Below, piece by piece: positions 18,855 through 26,149 of a DNA stretch of 35,973 bases. The stretch lies in assembly GCA_964607485.1 (NCBI GenBank), contig CAZSKP010000043.1:1-35973 (forward strand), in the 5' to 3' direction. A program made the translations under genes and the position numbers. Position 1 is the stretch's first letter; each line of letters opens with the position of its first letter. This stretch comes from an uncultured bacterium. GTDB taxonomy: Bacteria > Abyssobacteria > SURF-5. The notes beneath the pieces were generated by a model. The model was not told where the DNA came from, did not search any database, and was given only the letters and a program-made list of their open reading frames with translations.

Positions 18855-19214
18855 CTATTTCTTTGTCTTCTTCCTCGTTTTCTTTGCACTCTTCTTGCCC
18901 GCCGCCTTCTTGGCGCCCTTTGCACGTTTCTTGGCTTTGGCCGCCTTCGCCTTTGTCGCCTTGGCCGGAGCAGCCGCAGGTATTGTGCGCGGAGTGCACA
19001 GATGAGAGCGGCTCGTCGCTACACGGCCGCACGCGCCGCAAATGTAGCGGATGTTCTCGAGCTTGGGAAAGCAGATGTGCCTCGGGTCCACGGACTCGGC
19101 GCCGCAGAACTCGCACACATACTGTTTGTCGGTGGGCGTGCAGAGATGGCCCTTCTGAGTCGAAACCCTGCCGCACGTGGTACACGTGTAGATATCCTTC
19201 GTCCCTTCCGCCAT
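18855..19214 (-). CDS. Small protein with three C-x2-C-x8-H-x-C-x-P zinc-finger repeats and a Lys/Ala-rich histone-H1-like tail
   Basis: ATG 19214 after AGGAGG; 119 aa. Repeats YTCTTCGRVSTQKGHLCTP, YVCEFCGAESVDPRHICFP and YICGACGRVATSRSHLCTP; tail AKATKAKAAKAKKRAKGAKKAAGKKSAKKTRKKTKK. Confidence 0.85.
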   Translation of the reverse strand: MAEGTKDIYTCTTCGRVSTQKGHLCTPTDKQYVCEFCGAESVDPRHICFPKLENIRYICGACGRVATSRSHLCTPRTIPAAAPAKATKAKAAKAKKRAKGAKKAAGKKSAKKTRKKTKK

Positions 19215-19355
19215 GAGCGCCTCCTGTTTCTTTTCGGTGAATTCCTCCACAAGCGGGAGCGCTTCGCCCCCTTCTTCTTGTTTTCTAAAATATGTCACGC
19301 GAGAAGGGTTCTGTAAAATTGCGCCGGAAGAAGAACGAGGGTGGCTGACCTTTCG

Positions 19356-21005
19356 TCAGGAGTCGGCCGCCACCTGTACGTTGCGGAATTTTAGGAGAGT
19401 GCCGGTAGCGCGCAGGAGGTTGGAAAGCGAAAGCGTGTAGTCGATGATGGCGCGCTCCTCGTTGGCCTCGGCCGCGGCCAGTTCCTCCTCGAATTCGAGC
19501 AGGTCGTGAGTCGTGGCAACGCCTACATCATATTTCTTCCGCTCGGCTTCGAGGCTTTCCCGCCGGAATAGCGTCGTCTGCCTCGTGGTCAGAACGCGTT
19601 CCCAGTCCGTCTCTATCCCTCTCAAGGCGTTCCGGGTGTCCTGAATAATCAGCTGCCGCAGGTTGCGGATACCCGCATCGAGCTGGCTTACGAGCAGGTT
19701 TGCCTTCCTGTACTCGCCCCGCTCGAAACGATTTCCCCAGGGGATCTCAAACGTGATCCCGACCATCCACTGAAAGTTTTCTCCGGAAAAGAGGTCGTCG
19801 AAGGCGGGGTCGATTCCCGTGTTCTGAGGCTGCGGCATGATGCCGAGGAGGAACAGCGGAAGGGTCGAGGTGTCGAAATCCTCATCGAGGCCGATCAGCC
19901 CTACCGAGGCGTTGAGGTCGAGCGTCGGCAGCAACTGATTCTTGGCGAAACGGGCCCCCAGCTCCGCCGCCTCTTGTTGTTTCAGAAGCAGCTTCAGCTC
20001 CGGCCGATTCTTGAGGGCGATGAATATCTCGTCGTCCTGCACGTATTCGGTTGGCTGAACCGCGGAGGGCTCGTCGATGGGCACAATCTCGACATCCCAG
20101 AGCAGTTGTTCGGGAAGCAGGTTGGTCGTTTTTATCAACCGGTCTCTCGCGTCTTCCACCGCACTCTCGGCAACTATCACCTCTTGCTCGCGAACCGCCA
20201 CGCCGACCTCGGACTGCAGAACCGCCAGCGGCGCGATGACGCCGACCTTCAAGCGGATCCTGTTTTCATCCAGCAGATTCTGCACCGTCAGCAGCGATTG
20301 ACGTTTTACGCTCAAGTCTTCGTAGGCGAACACCAGCTCCCAGTATGCCTGCTCCACTTCGAATAAGGTCTCGAGCATTCTCTGCTCCAACTGGTAAACA
20401 GACGCCTCCTTGTTCTTTGCGGCCACGCGTATTCCCGTGGTGTTCACGTCTATGCCGAAATTTTTCAGAAGCGGCTGGGTGACGGTCAACGAGGTCTCGA
20501 ACCTCTGTTCGCCGTTGGTGCCGAAGAAATCGGTAATGGTCGAAAATGGAGTGTGCTCGCTTGCGATGTTGGCGTCGTACGTAAGCCCCGTCGGTATCGC
20601 TCCGGTGATTCCTCCCGACATGAGCCACTGCTGAGTCTCAACGGCGGTCAGACCCCCCGTTGCAACCGAGATGCTCGTCGGAAGTGGAAAGGTGCCGTTG
20701 ATGTAGGTCGCGTTGAAATACAGGTGCGGGTCGAACACCCCTTTCTGTGACTGCACGACGGCGTCGTTGATCCTCGGGAAGTATCTCTCGACCTCGATAT
20801 CCAGGTTGTTCTTCAGGGCCGCCGCGATGCAGTCCTGGAGCGAGAGACGAAGCAGCTTCGCCCCCGGGCGGAACTCCTGCAACAGGTCTTCGTAAGGGTG
20901 CGGCGGTTCGCCGACGGGTTGCGCCGACGGCCCCCCGGCGGCGGTCAACAGCAGGAGAGCAATGGCCGCCGGCACCGCTTTTGCCGCTCTCTTAAAGGGT
21001 CTCAT
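19356..21005 (-). CDS. TolC-family outer membrane protein (copy 2)
   Basis: Start at ATG 21005 overlapping the upstream stop; signal peptide. 'LSLQDCIAAALKNNLDI', 'TQPLLKNFG', 'VEQAYWEL', 'ALKNRPEL', 'NQLLPTLDL', 'AERKKYDVGVATTHDLL', 'LLRATGTLL'. Confidence 0.9.
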   Translation of the reverse strand: MRPFKRAAKAVPAAIALLLLTAAGGPSAQPVGEPPHPYEDLLQEFRPGAKLLRLSLQDCIAAALKNNLDIEVERYFPRINDAVVQSQKGVFDPHLYFNATYINGTFPLPTSISVATGGLTAVETQQWLMSGGITGAIPTGLTYDANIASEHTPFSTITDFFGTNGEQRFETSLTVTQPLLKNFGIDVNTTGIRVAAKNKEASVYQLEQRMLETLFEVEQAYWELVFAYEDLSVKRQSLLTVQNLLDENRIRLKVGVIAPLAVLQSEVGVAVREQEVIVAESAVEDARDRLIKTTNLLPEQLLWDVEIVPIDEPSAVQPTEYVQDDEIFIALKNRPELKLLLKQQEAAELGARFAKNQLLPTLDLNASVGLIGLDEDFDTSTLPLFLLGIMPQPQNTGIDPAFDDLFSGENFQWMVGITFEIPWGNRFERGEYRKANLLVSQLDAGIRNLRQLIIQDTRNALRGIETDWERVLTTRQTTLFRRESLEAERKKYDVGVATTHDLLEFEEELAAAEANEERAIIDYTLSLSNLLRATGTLLKFRNVQVAADS

Positions 21006-22596
21006 CGATGACAATGCTGTTCTCGTCCAGTAGTGTGCCGACGGCGATGGCAAGATTTATCAGCGATTTTCTATAGCCTATTTTCGCAACAATCTCGCGC
21101 CTCTCGGCGTCGCTCATTTCTTCCTCGAACTCCAGCACGTCGTGGCTGGTTGAAACGCCGACCTCCAGCTTCTTCCGCTCGGCATCGAGGCTCTCCCTGG
21201 CCAGCTCCGCCCCTTTGCTGGTGGTATCAATGAGTTTCAGACTGGTCTCCATATCCCTGAAGGCCTTGTTCACCTCGACGATAATCGAAAGACGAAGGTT
21301 CTCCGCTTCTTTCTCCGACTGCAGCCGTTCGAGCTGCGCCTTCCTGTAGTCGCCCTTGGCCGTCCGGTTTCCTATCGGATACTCCGCCGTCACTCCGGCC
21401 ATCCAACTGGGCGAGGTGCCTCTCTCGATGTCGTCGAAAGCTCTGGAGAGCTTTAAGTCCACGGCGCGGAACTCGTATTGACCGGTCAGGTCAACCGTCG
21501 GAAGAAGTTGATTTCGGGCGAAGCGCTCGTTGATGGCGTCGTTCTCGATCTGCATCAGCGAGCGCCGGTAATCGGGCCTCTTTTTCAGCGCCAGCTCCAA
21601 CTGGCTGAGCAGATCGATCTCCCTTTTGACGGTGACCGGCTCGTCGGTCGGCACAATCCGCAGCTTCCATTCTTCCGCATCTTTCGGCAGGTTGAGGAGC
21701 CGCTTCAAGTTGTCCTCGGCATCCTTTACCAGGCTTTGGGACACGATCAACTCCTGCTCGCGCTGGGCCACTCCCGTTTCGGCCTGGACCACCTCCAGCG
21801 GGGCCATCGTCCCGACCTCGAGGCGGATGCGGTTCTCGTCGAGCAGGTTTTGGGCCAGCTCGAGCGAGCGCTCGGACACTCTGAGATTCTGGATCGCCGC
21901 CACGATGTCCCAGTAAGCGGATTGAACCTCGGCGACGATGTCCATCACCTGCTTGCGGAAATCCTCGAGGCTCATGTTCCTCTCGCCACGCGCGATTCTG
22001 ATTTCCGCGAGGTTCGCGCCGAACCCGAAATCCTTGAGCAGGGGCTGGGTGAGCGTGAAGGTGAGGTCCAGGTTGTATTCCGCCGGATTTCTGACGTTGG
22101 TAAAGAACTCGTCGCCCGGCGCCGGTGTCGGGTCGACAAAGACACCCTTCTGGGTGAACTGCGACTGCTCGCGGTCGAAGAAGACCTCGTATTCGGTTCC
22201 CGTCGGAATTTTTCCCTCGAAGGTGAGGGCGAGGTCCTTACTCGTTGTGATGGTCGTGGCCGCGTTGCTCGCAAGCCCTTCCTGAGTGGTCTGGGGAACC
22301 TCTTCCCTCTGATAGTTGAACTCGAGGAGGATGGTCGGGTCGAATTCTCCCTTGGCGCTCAAGAGCTCGGCGTCCTTGATGTCGGGGTTATACTGTTCCA
22401 CCACGATGTCAAGGTTCGACTCCAGCGCCTTCGCCACCGCGTCATGAAGGCTGAGATGGACCGCTTTTTCGGTATCGGCGTGCTCTGCCTCTGGTGGGGG
22501 AGGAGACGTCTCTTCCCCGTGCGCGACCCCGCCGCGGCCGATGCAGAAAGCAATCGCGACGGCAAGGCAAAGTAACAATCTGGTGCCCCGTGACAT
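20992..22596 (-). CDS. TolC-family outer membrane protein (copy 1)
   Basis: ATG 22596 after GGAGGTG; signal peptide. 'LSLHDAVAKALESNLDI', 'TQPLLKDFG', 'VQSAYWDI', 'ALKKRPDY', 'NQLLPTVDL', 'AERKKLEVGVSTSHDVL'. Confidence 0.9.
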   Translation of the reverse strand: MSRGTRLLLCLAVAIAFCIGRGGVAHGEETSPPPPEAEHADTEKAVHLSLHDAVAKALESNLDIVVEQYNPDIKDAELLSAKGEFDPTILLEFNYQREEVPQTTQEGLASNAATTITTSKDLALTFEGKIPTGTEYEVFFDREQSQFTQKGVFVDPTPAPGDEFFTNVRNPAEYNLDLTFTLTQPLLKDFGFGANLAEIRIARGERNMSLEDFRKQVMDIVAEVQSAYWDIVAAIQNLRVSERSLELAQNLLDENRIRLEVGTMAPLEVVQAETGVAQREQELIVSQSLVKDAEDNLKRLLNLPKDAEEWKLRIVPTDEPVTVKREIDLLSQLELALKKRPDYRRSLMQIENDAINERFARNQLLPTVDLTGQYEFRAVDLKLSRAFDDIERGTSPSWMAGVTAEYPIGNRTAKGDYRKAQLERLQSEKEAENLRLSIIVEVNKAFRDMETSLKLIDTTSKGAELARESLDAERKKLEVGVSTSHDVLEFEEEMSDAERREIVAKIGYRKSLINLAIAVGTLLDENSIVIDETL

Positions 22597-22650
22597 GTTT
22601 ATGACACCTCCTAGTGGGATTGGGGTGGTAACGGGTGAAAAGGTGGACGT

Positions 22651-22679
22651 ATTATAACCCACGGTGGCCGGAAATTCAA
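22651..22679 (-). promoter_or_regulatory. Sigma70-type promoter for the TolC pair
   Basis: Minus strand reads TTGAAT-N17-TATAAT. Confidence 0.6.
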
Positions 22680-22891
22680 ACGAGGGGCAAAAGCGAAGGT
22701 TTCCGTTCCCCCGTATCTCCCATTTCTCCGTCCGCGCAAAGAGGGAAATGAACGCGAAAAGAGAGATAAGGCGCTGGCCGTTAAGTCCTTAGAAAGGGCC
22801 GAGAGCCATAACGCCGGCGGCGGCACACACGCCCCTGTCGTCGGGATTTCGAACGCGCCAAACCCCCTTGAAAAAAAATCCACGAAACCAC

Positions 22892-22920
22892 TTGACAGTT
22901 TTGACGCAGTGTGTTAAAAT
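22892..22920 (+). promoter_or_regulatory. Near-consensus sigma70 promoter of the phasin-like gene
   Basis: TTGACA (22892-22897), 17-nt spacer, TAAAAT (22915-22920); RBS AAGGAGGTGA downstream. Confidence 0.75.
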
Positions 22921-22944
22921 AGGTTTTGACGCGATGCGTTAAAG
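22899..22944. promoter_or_regulatory. Two tandem imperfect palindromes (putative repressor operators)
   Basis: TTTTGACGCAGTGTGTTAAAA (22899-22919) and TTTTGACGCGATGCGTTAAAG (22924-22944), 25 bp apart, overlapping the spacer/-10 and the expected +1. Confidence 0.65.
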
Positions 22945-22979
22945 ACGATAATCCCGTGCTGTCAAGGAGGTGATTGCGT

Positions 22980-23354
22980 ATGGCGGCGAAGAAAAAAGCC
23001 AAAGCACCCGTGAGGGTGAAAGCGAACGCCGAATCGAGCGCCGCCGGCGTCTTGAGGCGTCCTTTCCTCATGTCCGTCGGTGCGCTGGCTCTTGCCGAGG
23101 AACAGGCATCGAGCCTCATGGACTCGCTGACGAAGAGAGGGGAAAAAGCTCAGAAGGCCGGCCAGAAGTACATAAAGAAGCTGACGGAAAACGGCCGGAA
23201 GAAGTCCGAAAACTCGAAGAAGAAGGCGGAGAAGAAAGCGGAGCCCAGGGAGGATTGGTTCCTCCGCGCGCTTCACTGGCTGAACATACCCACGCGCGAG
23301 GATATCGAAGCGCTTGACAAAAAGGTAGACGCACTGTTGAAGAGAGTCGCTTGA
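22980..23354 (+). CDS. Phasin-family / PHA granule-associated protein (PhaF/PhaI-like)
   Basis: 'FLMSVGALALAEEQASSLMDSLTKRGEK' and the C-terminal 'LNIPTREDIEALDKKVDAL' match the phasin pattern. ATG 22980 lies 9 nt after GGAGG. Confidence 0.75.
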   Translation: MAAKKKAKAPVRVKANAESSAAGVLRRPFLMSVGALALAEEQASSLMDSLTKRGEKAQKAGQKYIKKLTENGRKKSENSKKKAEKKAEPREDWFLRALHWLNIPTREDIEALDKKVDALLKRVA

Positions 23355-23404
23355 GTCAGGCCAGCAGCGAGCGGTTGCTCCCCCCCATCAATCGCTCTGT
23401 GATA

Positions 23405-23452
23405 GAAGGGCGCGGCTGAGAGTGTTGCTCCGGCCGCGCCCTTCCTGTTTTT
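23405..23452 (+). terminator. Intrinsic terminator after the phasin-like gene
   Basis: 12-bp stem GAAGGGCGCGGC / GCCGCGCCCTTC followed by CTGTTTTT. Confidence 0.7.
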
Positions 23453-23453
23453 A

Positions 23454-23482
23454 TTGCCGCGTTGCCGGGCGGATGGTATAAT
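23454..23482 (+). promoter_or_regulatory. Sigma70-type promoter (extended -10) for the PHP gene
   Basis: TTGCCG-N17-TATAAT with a TGn extension (TGGTATAAT). Confidence 0.55.
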
Positions 23483-23528
23483 ACCAGAGCTTCATCTCCC
23501 GGGCAAGATATTTCCCACAGCATATCGG

Positions 23529-24185
23529 ATGAAATTCGACCTGCACGTACATACCACTCGCGGCTCCGATTGCAGCGTGCTCACGCCCGAGCAGTTGGTC
23601 GAGGGCGCCGCGTCGCGGGGGCTGGACGGAGTGTGCGTAACCGAGCACGACAACATCTGGCGCTCCCCGGAGATGGAGGACTACGCGCGCGGGCGGGGGC
23701 TCTTGCTCTTTTTCGGGCTGGAGGCGAACACCGACTGCGGCGAAGTGCTCGCCTTCGGACCCGCGGAATATGTGGAGGGTTTTCACAAGCTCTCCACCCT
23801 GAGGCGCATGGTGGATGAGACCGGAGGAGCCATCATCGCCGCCCATCCCTTCAGGCGCGTGTTTTCCCCGTTTTATGCAAACGCCCGCGCAAAAAGACCC
23901 TCCGTCGAGCAGGCGGCCCGGTGGCCGGTCATGAAGCTGGTTGACTCGCTCGAAGTCGTGAACGGGGCCGCGACGCGTGAGGAGGTGGACTTCGCGCGTG
24001 CGGTGTCGAGCAGGCTGGGCCTAGGTATGGCGGGCGGCAGCGACGCCCACTCCGTCGAGGGCATCGGCATGTGCGTCACCGTATTCGAGCGCCGCATCAC
24101 CTGCTGGACCGAATTTCTGAGGGAACTCCGGGCCGGTCGGTACCGGCCCGAGGACCTGAGGACGACCCTGCCGCCCCTCCCATGA
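23529..24185 (+). CDS. PHP-domain metal-dependent phosphoesterase
   Basis: 'FDLHVHT', 'GLDGVCVTEHD', 'GLE', 'IAAHPFR', 'EVVNG', 'GGSDAH'. Start at ATG 23529. Confidence 0.9.
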   Translation: MKFDLHVHTTRGSDCSVLTPEQLVEGAASRGLDGVCVTEHDNIWRSPEMEDYARGRGLLLFFGLEANTDCGEVLAFGPAEYVEGFHKLSTLRRMVDETGGAIIAAHPFRRVFSPFYANARAKRPSVEQAARWPVMKLVDSLEVVNGAATREEVDFARAVSSRLGLGMAGGSDAHSVEGIGMCVTVFERRITCWTEFLRELRAGRYRPEDLRTTLPPLP

Positions 24186-24341
24186 AGACCGCCCTCGTGA
24201 GTCGGCCTCTCGCGTGAAATCGTCTCATCGGCCGTCCTTTCACACCGATCCTTCCGGAAAGCGATGTCGGGAACTCATTGGAGTTTCATTGGTTGCGGAG
24301 ACAGCCGGCCGGAGCTGTGGTGTACGAACCGACAGGCGTTA

Positions 24342-24350
24342 TGCTATAAT
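24342..24350 (+). promoter_or_regulatory. Extended -10 element upstream of the binding protein-kinase-regulator operon
   Basis: TGCTATAAT about 45 nt before the TTG start; no convincing -35. Confidence 0.4.
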
Positions 24351-24395
24351 AGCATCGCCAAACGGTGTTTTGGAGCCCAAGCCGAGGAAAATCAA

Positions 24396-26126
24396 TTGAA
24401 AAAGGAAGCTGGAACCCTTGTTATAGTTGCAGCGGTCTGCTGCTCCGTTGCACTCTCGTCCTGTGCCAAGAAGGAGCCGCCGCCTGAGGCTCCCGCCTCA
24501 AGCGCAAACCTCGTCTTTATTTCAGGTTCCGCCGCTGTGACGCCGCTTTTAAAGATGCTGGCCGCCGAGTTTTCCAAGAAAGAAAACGACGTGCAGATAG
24601 TATTCCTGCCCGATTCGCATTCTGAAGCGGGCATCACGGGCACAACCGAGGAAGAGTACGACATCGGCTCGCTTTCCCGCGAGATGCTGCCAGGCGAGAA
24701 AGGGAGTTCGCTTCGTTACCTGCACCTTGCCAAAGACGGCATGGTGTTCGCCACCAACTTGAACGTGAAAATAGCCAATTTGAATTCCGACCAGATCAGG
24801 GACATTTATGCGGGGAAAATCGCCAACTGGTCAGAGGTGGGCGGGCCCGACGCGCGCATCGCGGTCATTGACAGGCCGGAACACACCTCGGCGAAGCTGG
24901 CCCTGCGGAGGACATTTCTGGGTGATGAGCTCGTCGTCACTCCCGACGCGGTCAGCGTCGAGAGACCCTGGCAGGTGACCGATTCAATCCAATTGATTCC
25001 CTATTCGATCGGCTACACGTCCCTCGGCGAGATTGTTTCTGAAAATCCGCCCGTCAACATCATCTCGGTCAACGGAGTCGCCCCGACGCCCTCAAATCTG
25101 AAGGAGGGGCGGTACAGATTCTTCAGGCCGTTCGGGTTTGTGCTGGGGCCCCATCCGAAGGCCTCCACGATGAAGTTCGTCAACTTCATATTCTCCGAGG
25201 CCGGGTCCAGGATCATTGAAAACTCCGGCTATGTGCCTCAGCGATATGAGATTGTAATAGGGATAGTGCCGGAACAGGACATCATGGTTCAGAGACAGCG
25301 ATACGAGCCGCTGACCAGATACCTCTCTCAAAAGCTCGGAGAGAGGTTTTCCGTGAAGCTGAAGCTTTTTTCGACATACATGGAAGTGTGCCACAGCTTG
25401 GCGGACGGAGACATAAATGCCGCTTTCCTCGGGAGCCTCGCGTACGCCGCGGTGCGCAAGTATGTTAACGTGCTCGCCCGACCCGATTACAACGGCGTCT
25501 CCACCTACCGGGGCATCATCTTCGTGCGGTCAAACAGCGGCATAGACGGCCTGGAGCAAATGCGGGGCAAACGGCTCGTGATGGGCGGAAGGACGACCAC
25601 GGCGGGCTACGTGTTTCCGCTGTACTACTTCAAGGAACATGGAATTTCCGACTACCAGAAGTATTTTTCGGAGGCCAACTTCGTCGGAACGCACGAAGAC
25701 GCAATCCTCGCAGTGCTTCACAACAAGGCGGATGTCGGAGCGGCGAAGGATCTCATCTATCGCATGATCGCGGAGGAAAATCCGCTGGTTGAGACAAGCC
25801 TCAACATCCTGGCCGAGTCTCCTCCCGTGCCCTCCAACGCCTTCGTCCTGAGGAAAGACCTCGACCTCCCTTGCTTCGATTGTCACCAGGCTATCTCGCG
25901 CGGCGGTTCCATGGGACGAGGGATTTCCGCTCAATTCGACCTGGATACGACGATAAAGGAGTATCTGCTCTCGATGCCCCAGGACCCCGAGGGCAGAGAT
26001 GCGCTTGCGGCGATAGGCAACGCGAACAGGTTCCTCTCCACGACGGATTCGGACTACTCGGAGCTTTACAAGATGCTCAGGGAAATAAACGTGTCGCCGG
26101 AGTCGCTGCTTGGGCAGGATGGATAA
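24396..26126 (+). CDS. Predicted lipoprotein fusing a PstS-like and a PhnD-like substrate-binding domain, with an inserted CXXCH motif
   Basis: TTG 24396 after GAGG; lipobox-like 'ALSSC'. PstS-like half: 'ISGS', 'DIGSLSRE', 'LAKDG', 'IRDIYAGKIANWSEVGGPD', 'SIGYTS', 'NGVAPT', 'GRYRFFRP'. PhnD-like half: 'YEPLTRYLSQKLG', 'YRGIIFVR', 'TTAGYVFP', 'GTHEDAILAV', 'VLRKDL'. CFDCH at 25872-25886. Confidence 0.85.
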   Translation: MKKEAGTLVIVAAVCCSVALSSCAKKEPPPEAPASSANLVFISGSAAVTPLLKMLAAEFSKKENDVQIVFLPDSHSEAGITGTTEEEYDIGSLSREMLPGEKGSSLRYLHLAKDGMVFATNLNVKIANLNSDQIRDIYAGKIANWSEVGGPDARIAVIDRPEHTSAKLALRRTFLGDELVVTPDAVSVERPWQVTDSIQLIPYSIGYTSLGEIVSENPPVNIISVNGVAPTPSNLKEGRYRFFRPFGFVLGPHPKASTMKFVNFIFSEAGSRIIENSGYVPQRYEIVIGIVPEQDIMVQRQRYEPLTRYLSQKLGERFSVKLKLFSTYMEVCHSLADGDINAAFLGSLAYAAVRKYVNVLARPDYNGVSTYRGIIFVRSNSGIDGLEQMRGKRLVMGGRTTTAGYVFPLYYFKEHGISDYQKYFSEANFVGTHEDAILAVLHNKADVGAAKDLIYRMIAEENPLVETSLNILAESPPVPSNAFVLRKDLDLPCFDCHQAISRGGSMGRGISAQFDLDTTIKEYLLSMPQDPEGRDALAAIGNANRFLSTTDSDYSELYKMLREINVSPESLLGQDG

Positions 26127-26149
26127 GGAGAGGTTCGAATAGCGGGAAG

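Noticed and set aside
21478-22575. 365-aa plus-strand ORF (likewise 30540-31475 and 15746-16573 on the minus strand)
   Set aside because: Antisense to clear TolC, MscS and GT2 genes; no independent evidence of coding.
25240-26126. Calling the PhnD-like domain AioX/ArxX or a true PhnD
   Set aside because: The segment 'AAFLGSLAY' lacks the Cys expected in AioX, and no aio/arr or phn genes are in the window; only the architectural analogy is kept.
25871-26149. 93-aa N-terminal extension of the kinase ORF overlapping the binding-protein gene
   Set aside because: Out-of-frame overlap with non-protein-like composition; ATG 26150 gives a normal kinase N-terminus before TM1.
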